From: Octopus bimaculoides
Taxonomy: Eukaryota
DNA length: 47,511 nucleotides
Reading direction: 5' to 3'
NCBI RefSeq assembly: GCF_001194135.2
Contig: NC_068986.1
Span: forward strand, 102,380,942 to 102,428,452
Shown: in pieces, positions 1 to 12,192 of the stretch
How the letters are laid out: every line of letters starts with the position of its first letter
How positions within the stretch are numbered: position 1 is the first letter of the stretch
Notes under the pieces: generated by a model
Databases searched by the model: none
The model's input: the letters and a program-made list of their open reading frames with translations, nothing else
What the model was told of the DNA's origin: nothing
Program-made: the position numbers and the translations under genes

Positions 1-11
1 GAGTATATATT

Positions 12-45
<34 letters not shown>

Positions 46-51
46 TGTATA
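1..51. repeat. (TATG)n/(TA)n microsatellite
   Basis: Direct tandem tatg units. Confidence 0.95.
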
Positions 52-830
52 TAGGGTGTTTGAAAAAAATGATATTATTTCGCAATCTAATAACTTTGCC
101 AGTTCTTGTTCAAATGACTTCAAATTTTAACAGCGTGTGTCCTCATTGTATGCTTGATATTTGATGTGTTTTTCTTTCCTTTCAGGTATAGAAATGGCAT
201 TCACTGGGAGAGAAAAGGCGGTTGTGTGTTGGAGTATGCTCGAACACAGTTGAACAAAACTGTGTAACATGCATTTGTGAGAGAATTCTCTAAAATGTCA
301 CCAACGGCAATATAGATATGGATATGGCACAAAATTTCAAAGAGAAAGGCTGTCTGTGCAGGGAAAAAGGATCTGGACGACCACTGAGATCGACCACTAA
401 CAAACGGTCGAGCGGGTTCGCCAAAAACTCTTGTGAAGCCCCAAGAAATCCATAAGAAGAACAAGTATGGGAACCCAGATTCACCCAACGACAGTTTGGC
501 GAGTCCTGAGGAAATGCTTGCTGATGAAATCCTACATGCTACAGCTCGTTCAGGCCATAACGGCAGATGACAAGCGAAACCGCAAACAATTCTGGGTTGG
601 TTTGCAAAAGAAACTTGAAGAAGCCGAGTTCAAAGAACGTTTCGTTTTCAGTGATGAGGCCGCATTTCATACGAATGGCAAAGTCAATAAGCATAATTTT
701 CGAATTTGGAGCAAAGAAAACATCCATGCTACATCTGAAGGACTCACCAAAAATTAATGTGTTCTGCGCCATCTCCAAAATGCATCTTGATGGCCGGTCT
801 TTCTTTTCGTTCATGGAATCCACGTATCTT
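52..830 (+). mobile_element. Tc1/mariner-superfamily DNA transposon remnant (rosa/DD41D-like, DUF4817-type N-terminus); 3'-truncated pseudogene
   Basis: TA followed by TIR-like (C/T)AGGGTGTTTGAAAAAAATG at 52. From ATG at 194, with frameshifts and stops: MAFTGREKA..CVLEYARTQLNKTV*HAFVREF..IWIWHK..FKEKGCLCREKGSGRP. It continues TTVWRVLRKCLLMKSYMLQLVQAI...FVFSDEAAFHTNGKVNKHNFRIW, which contains the first catalytic Asp motif FSDEA. No matching right TIR seen. Subfamily assignment is from recalled motif similarity. Confidence 0.85.
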
Positions 831-1200
831 TGAACTTATTCAAAGTTGGAAGAATAAATATTTTGATGCTCAACATCAAGCCTGTTTAGTTTCATTTGCT
901 TTGACTATGTTGTTTCTGGGATATTGACATCTGAAATACATCATGCATTACTCGTTCCTGTGCTAAATAAATGTTTGTTGACGGAAAAAAGAATATTAGT
1001 TGTTATCAGTAATTGTAAAACCTATTCCAGCAACAAATCCAGAAATTGTTCCCTAAATATCACAACGGTCGAAGTGAACATTGGAACTCGTTGACAATTA
1101 TAAGCTACTTAAACAATTAAAGAACATGATTCAGATTAGATTTGACTGAAATTTTACATTGCGTGTATAAAATTTATATATAAAATTTAAGGCAATCCAC

Positions 1201-1363
1201 ACGACGCGCTTCTTTCAGTTTTCGTCTACGAAATCGACTCAGAAGCCTATGGCGTATCTAGGTGTGTAAAAGTCATATGCGCACGTTGCCAAGCAGTGGG
1301 ACTGAAACAAGAACTATGTTGTTGGGAAGCAAGCTACCTACCTACTGCACATCCATGCCTGCA
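1201..1363 (-). mobile_element. Degenerate 5' half of tRNA-derived SINE family A
   Basis: Reverse complement (gcaggcatggatgtgcagtaggtaggtagcttgcttcccaac...ttcagtcccactgc...gaaaactgaaagaagcgcgtcgt) aligns by eye to the heads of the copies at 15760 and 32220. Confidence 0.75.
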
Positions 1364-1845
1364 CTTTGCCAACTATAATCACATAAACAGTAGAATCTTA
1401 GGTATACACGTGAAAGTATGTTACTGGAAGCTTTTTAATTGAAAAGGCTGACCTTTACGCAAAGCTTTTTCGAACATTATAAGAATAGCTTTCAAAACTT
1501 CCTCGGACTCACCAGATCTGTAAAGGAAATGTAATGTGGCATCTCTTTTGGCACTAGCAAATACCTTGGAGAAAATTCACAATTACGATTCATTTCCTTT
1601 GTTTGGAGACTGTAATTCTTCTCTTATTCTTGTAGGTAAAGGATTCATGATAATGCCCATAGCCAATCAGCTTTTTATATGGACTGGTAGTGAAATAAAT
1701 AAGGTTAAGAAGAGAAATATTTCTTACATTCCTTTGTAGCTTTTGGTGCTTACGTTTACAAAGGGGACACAACTGAAGGTCATCAATGCATGAATATACA
1801 ACTGGAATTCCATTATAGTTTTGCGTCATGCTGCATCGGTAATTC

Positions 1846-1888
1846 TACTACTACTACTACTACTACGACCACCACCACCACCACCACA
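1846..1888. repeat. (CTA)n(CCA)n microsatellite
   Basis: Direct trinucleotide tandem units. Confidence 0.9.
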
Positions 1889-1967
1889 AACACTATTACA
1901 CTGCCTTATCCATAATATTATTAACGCTTTCAACTTTTGGTCGGTGTGCTATTTTTGCCAGCTCGCT

Positions 1968-2182
<215 letters not shown>

Positions 2183-2183
<1 letters not shown>

Positions 2184-2345
2184 GTGGAGAGCAAGAATCA
2201 ACACCAAGTAGGATGCTGGGAGGACAAACGTCACTAATTCACAAAAAACAAAAATACCGTACACCCACAAACTTACAGACCAATGACATGCCTGTCAAGA
2301 TCTGACAAAACCCTAGCATCAGTCATCTATAACCGTCTTAAAAAG
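2183..2345 (+). mobile_element. R4/Dong-like (RLE-type) non-LTR retrotransposon, RT N-terminal fragment
   Basis: SGEQESTPSRMLGGQTSLIHKK..PTN/(frameshift)YRPMTCLSRSDKTLASVIYNRLKK resembles the conserved W..EG.T.LI.K...NYRPITCL...K.L.S.I..RL block. Confidence 0.7.
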
Positions 2346-2814
2346 CGCATGAGTACTTTTACGTGATGTCTCGCCAGCTGGCTACAAGTATTAGCATTAT
2401 ACTCAAAGCAAATGTTGTGCATTTTTTTTTAGGAACAAGTCTTATCCATGCAATATTTGATGATCTGGAAAATACAGTAGCATAGTGCAGTAGTGTGATG
2501 TTGTTATATTGTAAGAGCTAATATAATAAACCAGGTGTTCTCAAGCTGTTTATCACCATCGCCCACTTCTGCATCTAAAAGTGTTCCATCACCCAGCTGC
2601 ATAGTCAATACAGAAAAGGATAGCAAAAACATCCAAATGTACTTTCTTGGGGTCCGAATCTACACACCGTACACTATTTTTGAATTTGTTTAGAATTTCG
2701 TTCTTTTTTTCTTTCTTTCTTTTTTTCAATAATTTTTATTATACATCTTCGACATTGTTCGGTGTATGATGCTATTATCAAAGTCCGTGAGCTCGTACAA
2801 TCATTACAGGCATA

Positions 2815-2905
2815 TATTCCGCCTCTTTAATTCTGACGTTTCAAATCCTGCTGAGATCAAATTTGCCTGTCATCTTTCAGAGTGCTGAAAGTGTAGATGC
2901 CATCA
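2815..2905 (+). mobile_element. Highly degenerate SINE family B fragment
   Basis: ttctgacgtttcaaatcctgctgagatcaaatttgcctgtcatctttcag resembles the family B core gttctgagttcaaattccgccgaggtcgactttgcctttcatcctttcgg. Confidence 0.45.
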
Positions 2906-3633
2906 ATTACTGAGGTCGTTGTTAGCGGCTTACTACCATTCCATTGATCAATGACTCTAATTTCACATTAAAGATAATATAATGAAATGTTTTGTAATGT
3001 ATTGATTTATTTGGTGAGAGTGGGTCACTTGCCTTTAATTAATAAAGAAAATTGTTTTCTAAATTAAAACGAAATATATTTATAAACATCAAATGCAAAC
3101 AAATATTGGTTTACCGATCAAAAGTATATTCAATCAGATATATTTCTGATTAAAAAATAAAATTACGAATAAGAGAATTCAAAGAATGTTTGCTTATTTA
3201 TATTATCGATATTATGAATCTGTGATATTCGAACAAGTAACTAGGAGTTTTATTTTATTTACAAGTTGATACTGAATCTATGTAAGGTGAAGTGGAATGC
3301 CATTTGTAAAAATGCCTACTGCAATTTTCTCGTTTAGTTGAAAGTTATGGAAAAAGCATCTTTCAAGAAATCAAACTGGCTTTGTTGAACCCTTCAAAAT
3401 GTTTGTACAAAATGAAGAGAAAATTATTTTTGAACTGCATCAATGTGAGGTGTAATGCACCTTATCTTCTCCAATGTTATCATCGGGACCACAATTTACA
3501 TAAAATTGAAATTTACAACGATGTCCGTAGAATCAACTGAATAGCCCATCATTCTTTTCTTAAGTGTTACTATATTTAAATGTCATTATTAATAATTCAT
3601 ATATATATAGTTCAATAAAATTAGAGCTGCAAA

Positions 3634-3868
3634 GGCAGTGAGGTAGCAGAAACGTTAGCACGGCGGGCGAAATTCTTAGCGCTATTTAGTCTGTATTTAC
3701 GTTCTCAGTTCAAATTCTGCCGAGGTCGACTTTGCCGTTCATCCTTTCGGGGTCGATAAATTTAGTACCAGTTACGCACTGGGGTCGATGTAATCGACTC
3801 AATCCCTTTCTCTCTCCTTGTTTGTCTCCTCTATGTTTAGCCTCTTGTGGGCAAAAAAGAAATAAGAA
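3634..3868 (+). mobile_element. tRNA-derived SINE family B (CORE-like, octopus OR-type), tail variant 1
   Basis: Head ggcagtgaggtagcagaaacgttagcacg, B-box-like CAGTTCAAATTC, central gccgttcatcctttcggggtcgataaatttagtaccag, hairpin ggggtcgatgtaatcgact and tail ...gtgggcaaaaaagaaataagaa. Confidence 0.9.
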
Positions 3869-4063
3869 ATGTCAGCACGCCGGGTGAAATGCTTAGAGTT
3901 ATTTTACCTGTCTTTACACTCAGAGTTCAAATTCTGCAGAGGTCGACTTTGTTTTTCATCTCTTCGGGGTTCAAAATTAAGTACTAGTTGCGTACTGGGG
4001 TTAATGTAGTCGACTGGACCCCTCCCTGAAAATGTCGGGCCTTGTACCCTGAGTAGAAAAGAA
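3868..4063 (+). mobile_element. SINE family B, tail variant 2 (second monomer of a dimer)
   Basis: 5'-clipped head tgtcagcacgccgggtgaaatgcttag, B box GAGTTCAAATTC, tail ...cgggccttgtaccctgagtagaaaagaat. Confidence 0.9.
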
Positions 4064-4559
4064 TAAAATTAGAGCTGTAAAACGACTGTGTTAGCATCAA
4101 TTTAACGATGCTCCTAGTTCATTAATTTACATGCAATATTAACTCGTTTATTCAGTTGTATATGATTATTGTCAGTTACCCGACACATTCAGGAAATACA
4201 ACACTGAATTTCAACAGAAATACTCCACAATCTAGTCTTTCAATAGCACTACCAAAATCATCTTCACGTTTGTATCCTTTTCCAATTCTTCATAACAAAC
4301 ATCACCCAGCCTCAAAGTCATTTTCCACATACTCTTCCTTTTGCCGTGTCCAATCACCACCAGCACCCCCACCGCTCCGAGTTCGTGGCTAGCTTTTTTG
4401 TTGTTGTCGTATATGTAGTTTCAAAAGCTATATTTATCCATTTCATCAGCAGCAGCCCACTATACTGTCACAACACTTATTACGAATTTACTCTTTAATT
4501 TATTTTTCTCTCGCCATCTGAATCTTCCACTTCACCCTTAAAACTTCACTTCAAATACG

Positions 4560-5045
4560 CCATCTTCACCCCTACAAATCATATCACAGATTCATTACTT
4601 TCCTTATGGATTCCAGGCCATGCACCGAATCTGAGTCCAGTATTGCAATAACCCCCGTTGGGTGTATTCTGTTTGCAATCTGCATATTCCGATTGCGGTT
4701 AGCATGGATTTTCACATCAATGTATTGGATGTCGTTTATTTTCAGCCAAAGAATATATTGTATTCACATTTTTGTGTAGTTTTAAGTTATGACCAGAGTT
4801 TTTACCTGCTTATCAACAGAGATCATAAAAGTAGGTAACTGTATGATTCATAATGAGTCTGAGAGAGCCACCACAAAGGCCACTCTTCTGTGAGTGATTA
4901 CACTTACAATCGATGTCCCTGGGGCTTCGGGACTACTCTTCCTTTAAATTATCATGCTAGCCCTTCCGTAGATTTCCAATGATACACTGTTTATGATGTC
5001 AGCTAGTAATCAAATTTGTCGAAGTCTTTGGATAAATCATGATAT
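4560..5045 (-). mobile_element. Highly decayed CR1/L2-like LINE reverse-transcriptase remnant
   Basis: Scattered minus-strand motifs in the expected order: HDLSKDFDKFD (cf. DFSKAFDKVDH), IGNL, FVVALSD (cf. LLFIVALSD) and NTIYSLAEN (cf. DTIY.WAE.N). Many stops and frameshifts. Confidence 0.45.
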
Positions 5046-6124
5046 ATCGGATCTATATTTGAATGGTTGAGTCACTGTTTCAGCACTTGAACATTCAGCA
5101 CCCAATGAATATCAAGAGAAGATTAATATAAAATGAATTTACAGTTTAATAATTACACCACATTCGTATGTATTAATAGAAAATTCTTCATGTACATTAA
5201 TACAGCTTATAATGAAAATAATAACAGCATAATTCTTCAACAGTTCTTCAACAATTGTATAAGCATTACAAAAAAAATGCTGTCGAAAATCAGAAATCTA
5301 TTAATGCATAAAAGTTACAAGCAGTATTTATGTTTCTTAAATCGTGTTGCACAATAATGTGTAAAACATATGCAATTATAATTGCATGTTTAACGTAAAT
5401 GTACAAATGTACGAAGAAGTAGAGATGAAACCATCTCTCACAGAAACGAATAGATACATATACTTCAGCATTATACGATCTTTTTTATATATATATATAT
5501 ATATATAAATGTATGCAACAAAATTTATACGCTCAATTATCTGTGACTTACAGATATAACTTGCAGAGGTCGAGAAAAGCAACGCTATATTCAGTTCTTA
5601 TTTCACGATTACTAGAATGATATTGATATATCAATTGTACCATTGTCCCTGAAACTTAACATATATTAGGCGAACAGCGAATAGAAAATGGAGTTAGAAC
5701 GTACTGTTAAAAAAATCAGGTGTAAAATATATCTTATAGAGAACTGTAGACTACGTGAGTTCATACGTGTAGGTGAGTAATCGCATAACTCGCCATGGGA
5801 TAGCCATGCATTTTTACGATAAAAATATTTATGCTGCCAGTCGGATTTAGCTAAACAATCCAGCATTTCATTAGTCACTACTCACGAGACTACGGCTGAT
5901 AGGCAAAACTACTCAAGTCTAAAAATGCAAAAGACATTCGTGCGGCAGTTATCTCCCTTGTCAGTGTATATATATTCTGCGCATCTTACAGAATTAAGAG
6001 GTTTTAACTCTTTTATCTTGCAGCATAGGTGTTTGTGCCCCCTCAGTGGCAATTAGTGACTGACGATAAAATGTTTACCTTATTGCGTCTAGCTGTTTAT
6101 AGTATTTTTAAAATACATATCTAT

Positions 6125-6156
6125 GTGTGAATGTGTGTGCGTGTGTGTGTGTGTCT

Positions 6157-6197
<41 letters not shown>

Positions 6198-6222
6198 TGA
6201 GTGAGTGTGGGTGTGTGTGTAT
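6125..6222. repeat. (TG)n compound microsatellite
   Basis: Direct tandem units. Confidence 0.95.
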
Positions 6223-6349
6223 ACATACGTACGTTTTTATATATACATGTGTACTGAGATACATTTTATGCTGATTCTATTAAAGGTTTCATAGAGCCCG
6301 ATTCAAATGGCTTTAAATAGTTAAAATGATCATTATGATGATGATGATC

Positions 6350-6870
6350 GAAAAGTGGGGGCTAGAGAGAGGCAAGACGTGGTATGAGCACAAACCTCAC
6401 AAAGTTGGGGAGTGGAAGAGAAACAAAATCTTGTGGGATTTCCCAATCCAAACAGACCAGGTGCTGGAGCATAACAAACCGAAATTAGCGGTGGAGAACA
6501 AGATACACCGCATAGGTTATATAGTTCATGCTGCATGCCCCTTTGACCCACGAATAGTCATGAACGAAAGCGAAAAGATAGATAAGTACAACCCTCTTAA
6601 GTATGAAATAACCCACCTCTCGAAAATGAAGAATGTGAAGATAGTGTTAGTTATTGTTGGGTCGTTGGGAACAATATGAGAAAGCATCGAGGGTGACATA
6701 TAAATGAAAATGGAAGAGAGTGCCCAGTAGAACTAGTACAACAGGTTTGCCTTCTTGGTACGGCCAGAAAAATCAGGAAAGTATTAGATATCTGAAAACA
6801 ATTAGGTTCAGGTAGCTACACATGTAAGACTCCAGAAGCTCCGACTAAACCTGTGATAAAGACACGTTAT
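6350..6870 (+). mobile_element. R4/Dong-like LINE 3' end with restriction-like endonuclease (RLE) domain
   Basis: KWGLERGKTWYEHKPHKV..KILWDFPIQTDQVLEHNKP...ACPFDPRI...EKIDKYNPLKYEI...IVGSLGTI*...CPVELVQQVCLLGTARKIRKVLDI* (stop at 6793-6795). This is the typical degenerate PD..D/ExxK RLE C-terminus, followed by a short 3' UTR. Confidence 0.9.
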
Positions 6871-7083
6871 TAGTATTGTTGGTGTTGTTGTATAAATGAT
6901 ATCAACTGAAGCAGAATTAAGACCATAAGGCAGTTTTTACGTCCACCTATACGTGGATGTCTTCATAGAACATCGCATACTGCGTTATTAGCCTTAAAGC
7001 AATTCTCTCATTCAGACACTCCTCTCATTCAGTGCACAAAGCAGAATGGATAAATAATTGGACTTGTTGCTTACTTCAATGTA

Positions 7084-7085
<2 letters not shown>

Positions 7086-7137
<52 letters not shown>

Positions 7138-7325
7138 CAGACACACACACGCACATATATACATATGTATATACACATACATATAGAGAGACAGACAGAT
7201 AGATAGATAGAGCGATACATAGACAAACAGACATGCATGCATATATACATACATAATATTTATATTTATAGATATATACGTCCACACATACGCACGTACA
7301 TACCTCCATATATACATACACATGA
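7086..7325. repeat. (TA)n/(CA)n/(GATA)n compound microsatellite tract
   Basis: Direct tandem units. Confidence 0.9.
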
Positions 7326-8614
7326 GGTGTCGTATATGCCTGTATGTTTGTAGTGATTTATATTTTTGTAAAAACAAATCACATAATTTCCTTGGAAATG
7401 CAAGCATCGAAGACCAATTCTGAAAACGCAGATATTCAACTCTAAGGCATTTATGTTTTTCTAATCATTCATTTGTGTTAATATTCTTTAGCAATTCTAT
7501 AGTAATATTTTACTCTTCACTACCATTATGAATATTATTTATATAAAACATAAATATAAAACATATAAGGCGGCAGGCTGACATATTGTTTACATGCTTA
7601 TTGGATTTTTTTCCGTCTATACGTTCCAAGTTAAGGCGATCATTACAGTTGCTATATATTTGTATACTTATTAGTAACCAAATATGGTTTTCATTTTTAC
7701 ATGCAATCATTTTTTGATAAAGTTTGACCATACAAAATCCTACGACAACAAATGTAGAAAGATAAATTCACACAACGCACTCACAGACAAACACACAAAT
7801 ATTATGTTCTCTACATCCTAAGTTGCATTTTGTAACTTCTATTATCTAATTTATATTGATTTTTCATTGGCACAATCAACTAGTATCTTACGATTTACAT
7901 TGATTCAACTTCAAATGCACGTAGGAATGGATAAAAAATAGATGTACACACATTAATAGAGATACAATGTATTTAGTAGAAATACCGTGTGGTATTTGAT
8001 AATGTCTCACTACTAAATTTAGATATTAATTTAGCTAAATAATACTTTTGATAAACTCTTAGGAGAAAAGGAGAAGCTCGCATATGATTGATTTGAAATT
8101 ACATCTCTAACTGCAGAAATAATATTTTATACAAATTTCATTACCATTGCGCTGACTCACAACTTGTCCTGGTACATGATGTACTTGATATTTCTTTAGG
8201 TGTAACGCAAATAAATTTTTGAAATGAATTCCCACATAAACACACCTGAAGGTAAATAAGAAATAAATTTGACATAGGGTCAAACATGAATAGACGAATT
8301 TATCTCAAATAATTTCAATTAAGCATAAATAATAGAAAGCTGCATGAAAGATAACCTCAAGTTAAATAAGTAGAATATTCAACTTTCAATGGAAATTTAT
8401 TATTAATATTGCTGCAGTGTTTAGTCTGCAGCTGCTCTTAATATAAATTCTTACACACGAAACTCATTAACGCATTGTCTCTTGTAAAATTGTCTGTGCG
8501 TATGTCACTGGTTTACGATTACAGAGGAATTGTAAACGAAATGAAATACAATAACCATTGCGACATCATATTTTCTTCTGAATTTCAGTAGTTGTTTCAA
8601 TATTCAGAATTTCA

Positions 8615-8880
8615 GGAGCGGTTAGGATGTAGAATTGTTAGCACGCTGGGCAAAATGCTGAGCGACATTTCGTCTGTCCTAAGTCTCTTAGTTCATATTC
8701 CACCGAGGCCAACTTTGCCTGTCATCTTTTCGTTGTCGATAACATAAGTACCAGTTTTGTACAGGGGTCGATCTAATCGACTGGCTCCCTCCCACAAAAT
8801 TTCGGGCTTTGAGCCTAGAGTAGGAATAGATAACAAATACCAGTTGAGTAGAAGGGTCGATCTTGTCGACCAATCCCAAA
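8615..8880 (+). mobile_element. SINE family B copy with a partial duplicated tail
   Basis: ttgttagcacgctgggcaaaatgc...ccgaggccaactttgcctgtcatc...ggggtcgatctaatcgactggc...cctagagtaggaata, followed by a second taccagttgagtagaagggtcgatcttgtcgac. Confidence 0.85.
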
Positions 8881-9199
8881 ACTAAAAGTGATGGCCAAAC
8901 TTGAAAGGAAACCAATAGTCAAAGGATTTAATATTTTGAATACCTAATATTTTGTACTGGCAGTCGTCTCTACTAAATTTCACCACTCTGTTTGAAGAAT
9001 CAACACCATAGAGCAACGAGTTCGTGGCTAGCTTTTTTGTTGTTGTCGTATATGTAGTTTCAAAATGCCTTGTGTTACAACTATGAGATGTATTGTTATT
9101 GTTATGATTTTATCTTACTATAATCAACTACAAATACATTTCGTCGTACAAAAGTCTTTATTCGATAAAAAAATAACATTATCAAGACATTAAGGTAAA

Positions 9200-9580
9200 A
9201 CAAAACAAATGGCGGCTTATACACCGGAAAATACGGTAATTGTAGTGGCAATGACAAAATCGCTCGCTGGCTGCAAGATCATAGTGTAGAAGGGAGGGAA
9301 AGTGTAATGAATGCACGGTACTGACTAGAAAGGAAGAAAGGATAAAGGTGGCATCGTCTTCGCTCGCCGTACGAATAGAACAGAGTGGTGACATTCAGTA
9401 CAGACGACTCGGAAGTTGTTCCTCTTCAAATTCTATCGCAAACAACAGTAGCTTTCTTCAACCGAATACACATCGTTGGTTGAAATTGCCCAAATACGAC
9501 AACTTTCACACGAAATAACTTCTAAAGTAAGAAATTTTCTTAAAAACGTTCAGAGTAAACCGTTTTCTAGGTGAGAAATT
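9200..9580 (+). promoter_or_regulatory. Candidate promoter / first exon (CpG-rich patch with YY1-like motif)
   Basis: CAAATGGCGGC at 9206-9216, locally high CpG density against the AT-rich background, and donor-like sites at 9236 (acg|gtaatt), 9527 (aaa|gtaaga) and 9571 (tag|gtgaga). Confidence 0.35.
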
Positions 9581-9678
9581 CTACAAATATTCGAAGTTTC
9601 AAACTGTTTAGTTAAAAATAATTAATTTTAAAAAATCTGTGATTGAGATGGAATATATGTGTATATATAACAATATAT

Positions 9679-9709
<31 letters not shown>

Positions 9710-10934
9710 CATTCATTGAAGGAGATTATAAATGTGCAATCATGAAGTTAGACACAAGAATATTTGTAATTATGTGCATAATTGTACATGCATAAACTTT
9801 TATGATGCGCACGCGTGTATATACAAGGAATGTACAAACACATATATACACATACACACATTTAACTATATGTAGAGAGTGAGGGAAACATATAAACTTA
9901 AATATACATATACACTCATACATACATATATGTATACAATCATATGCATTCACGTACATATGAATATATACTTACATACACATACTCATACAAATTCATA
10001 TGAAATTTTTGTGGGATAAGAACATGCAAGATCGAATCGTAGGTACATCTAAAATGTCACATCTACGACATAATAGTAATCCACCTAACAATGACTTAGA
10101 TATTATAATGAGCTTGTTTCCTTTGCCCAAACGTATTTTCAAAAAGTTTCTCTACAATGTATTTAAATAGAATATCCATCATATTCGAGGCTAAAATGTC
10201 TTTCTGCTGAGCAGGTAAGTTTGAATTCACCATATGTTCAAGCTATCAGTTACGTTCTTTTGCAACTACAGCAATTGTGTTTATCCTTTGTACACAACTA
10301 TATTCCCTATCTGCAGGTATTTTAAAAGCATATATTTGGTTTCCAGATTAAATTATGAATGGAACGATGCAATTTTTATTTGTATCATAAAATGCAACTG
10401 CGTTTATTTCAGACTACGAACTTGTCTTGCTTTCATTAGACTAATTAGAATGGTTTCTTTGAATTTGGTGCTTCTCCTATGCTGGCAATGCCTAACCTAC
10501 TGAATTGAGTAGGTGTTACATTAATTAATTACACAATTTCTTTCATCATATCATTCATGGTATCGTATTAAAATCAGTCATGTACAATTATTTAATCATA
10601 TAGGGAAATCAAATAGAGAAAAGTGAAATTTCAACAAACGGAACACTTCCTTTTCGTCTTTCAATTCTCTACATATTGAATATGGTGTTAGTTTCGAAAA
10701 TATTCTTTTCAAATTATGATTGCATGATTCATAGATGGATGGTGCTATACGTGATAACAATCTCGGTATATTCACATTATTTAAATACTAATGTTATATT
10801 AACGATAATTGGACGTTTATACGTGCAGCTTGTGCTTCTACAAATATTAATTTATTATATTTCTATCGATTTAGGCATCTATTGTCTGATATATCCATCG
10901 TTTCGCTGATTTGGTGTTATAATATATATAACGC

Positions 10935-11110
10935 AGCGGTCCACTCGTGACAGACGAAGACCATCAGTGACCATTTCTTATGCAAAACACCAGCAATACT
11001 CGTGCATGAAGTAAGTGTACCAGCAGTCGTCTTCACCTGGTTCCCCTCATGCAGCTTCTTTGCTCGTTGCGATAACTTTGTACTCGACCGCGCATCTGGA
11101 ACCACCTCAC
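10935..11110 (-). mobile_element. Possible RTE-like LINE 3' terminus remnant
   Basis: GC-richer patch whose minus strand ends atggtcttcgtctgtcacgagtggac, resembling RTE/BovB-type 3' ends. Weak peptide similarity only (RAKKLHEGN). Confidence 0.3.
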
Positions 11111-11639
11111 CGGCAACTGCATAACCTGAAATTTTAGGGCCAATAAGGCTTTACATCACCGCACTGAAAACCTCCACCATACTCACAATTATCCTGAGAC
11201 AAACCAGGGCAAGATAGTCAGTGCTAATATGAACCGTAGGCTTATGGATGTGGAAGAAACATGAGCTTACACGCGAGAGTCTTCAAATATGCAGTAAGTG
11301 CCATTATCTGCATGTTTCAATTGATATAAAAGTGACTTGCCCCTAGAAACATTCCTTAGCAAAATCTATTAGATGCCTTACTCCCACTATTTCGATAGCA
11401 CAACGTACACAGACACTGAATTCCTGATGGCTCGTACTATTTCTAGATAATAGTTGAATTTATAGTAAGTGCATCCATCTTTTTGACGATGCCATATTTT
11501 GTTTTTAGTCTTGCGGGTTTCTAGCAACCCTAGTGAGGGTGACGGTTTAGTCGCCGATGACCAACTGTGCTAATAGTTGTACTGAATTTCATATCACCGG
11601 TAACACTAGTAACAGAACTCAGAAGTTACCTGGCACTAT

Positions 11640-11766
11640 ACATATACACACACACACACACACATACACACGCACATGCACGCACACACACACGCACACA
11701 CACACGCATACACACACGCACACACACACGCACACACACACGCACACACACACATAGATAGATAGC

Positions 11767-11799
<33 letters not shown>

Positions 11800-11812
11800 T
11801 GATTGATAGATA
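11640..11812. repeat. (CA)n/(CACACG)n + (GATA)n microsatellite
   Basis: Direct tandem units. Source of the poly-HT ORFs. Confidence 0.95.
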
Positions 11813-11962
11813 TAGGGCAGGGAATTGTAAATTAATTAATAAATTAATAATTAACTATTTTGCCAAGTAGTTCACTATGCAAAAAAACCTTTATCGGTAA
11901 AACATAATTATAAACATATGGAGATCAGCAGAATATCGCTATCCGTTGGAGACTTAATTGTA

Positions 11963-12192
11963 NNNNNNNNNNNNNNNNNNNNNNNNNNNNNNNNNNNNNN
12001 NNNNNNNNNNNNNNNNNNNNNNNNNNNNNNNNNNNNNNNNNNNNNNNNNNNNNNNNNNNNNNNNNNNNNNNNNNNNNNNNNNNNNNNNNNNNNNNNNNNN
12101 NNNNNNNNNNNNNNNNNNNNNNNNNNNNNNNNNNNNNNNNNNNNNNNNNNNNNNNNNNNNNNNNNNNNNNNNNNNNNNNNNNNNNNNNNNNN
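11963..12192. other. Assembly gap (N run)
   Basis: Run of n. Confidence 1.

Noticed and set aside
2532-2551. hAT-like terminal sequence caggtgttctcaagctgttt
   Set aside because: No partner TIR or 8-bp TSD was found, so support is insufficient.
3311-3540. 76-codon stop-to-stop open frame after an acceptor-like site (ESYGKSIFQEIKLALL...)
   Set aside because: No recognisable similarity. Several frames of this length are expected by chance in 47 kb.
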